DNA of 64,000 nt from Camelus dromedarius. Lineage: Eukaryota. The DNA is taken from positions 99,512,001-99,576,000 of the forward strand of contig NC_087436.1 of NCBI RefSeq assembly GCF_036321535.1. The letters run 5' to 3'. Shown here piece by piece: positions 63,771-64,000 of the stretch. How positions within the stretch are numbered: the stretch's first letter is position 1; every line of letters begins with the position of its first letter. Made by a program: the position numbers and the translations under genes. The notes under the pieces were generated by a model. That model saw only the letters and a list, made by a program, of their open reading frames with translations, was not told the DNA's origin and made no database searches.

Positions 63771-64000
63771 CATCAGCCTCCTAGGCTGAAAGCTTTATGG
63801 TCGTCCTCTGCCATCAGCAGCCCCTTAGCTGCGGCATCGCTTTCTGTGTATGCTACCTCGGCAGCTCCCCTTCCATCCACCCTGCCCGTTCATTTCCACT
63901 TCAGCTGTTCATTTCTGACCACGTTCACCACACACCTGAATCATCACACTGTGATAAACTGATTTCCCTTGCTGTATTTTCTCACGTTCTTGTTTTTATG

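Noticed and set aside
1..64000. CRISPR array, operon or prokaryotic defence system
   Set aside because: The sequence is clearly mammalian repeat-rich DNA, with no repeat-spacer periodicity and no gene-dense ORFs.

Overview
64 kb of AT-rich, CpG-depleted mammalian non-coding DNA (intergenic, or deep in a large intron). It is most likely from a camelid: a Vic-1-type tRNA-derived SINE and Cetartiodactyl-style L1 3' ends are present, and I saw no Alu, BovB/Bov-tA or PRE1 elements. I recognise no host protein-coding exon, RNA gene, CRISPR array or prokaryotic system. The only ORFs with recognisable homology are LINE-1 ORF2 fragments. Much of the window is layered transposon fossils: L2, MIR, old and young L1, MaLR/ERVL LTRs, hAT MER3/MER5 and microsatellites. 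Family names were assigned by eye from remembered consensus motifs and boundaries are approximate unless a TSD is given. The best leads are a MEF2 plus six-E-box cluster at ~39.1 kb; a repeat-poor island at 34.9-36.6 kb with divergent exon-like and promoter-like signals; an exon-shaped open frame at 60.7-61.0 kb that resembles a CR1/L3 endonuclease fossil; a ~3 kb L2 retaining both EN and RT motifs; an L2>L1>L1 nest; and a possible ~1 kb inversion splitting an L1. No previously undescribed biological system can be demonstrated from the sequence alone.
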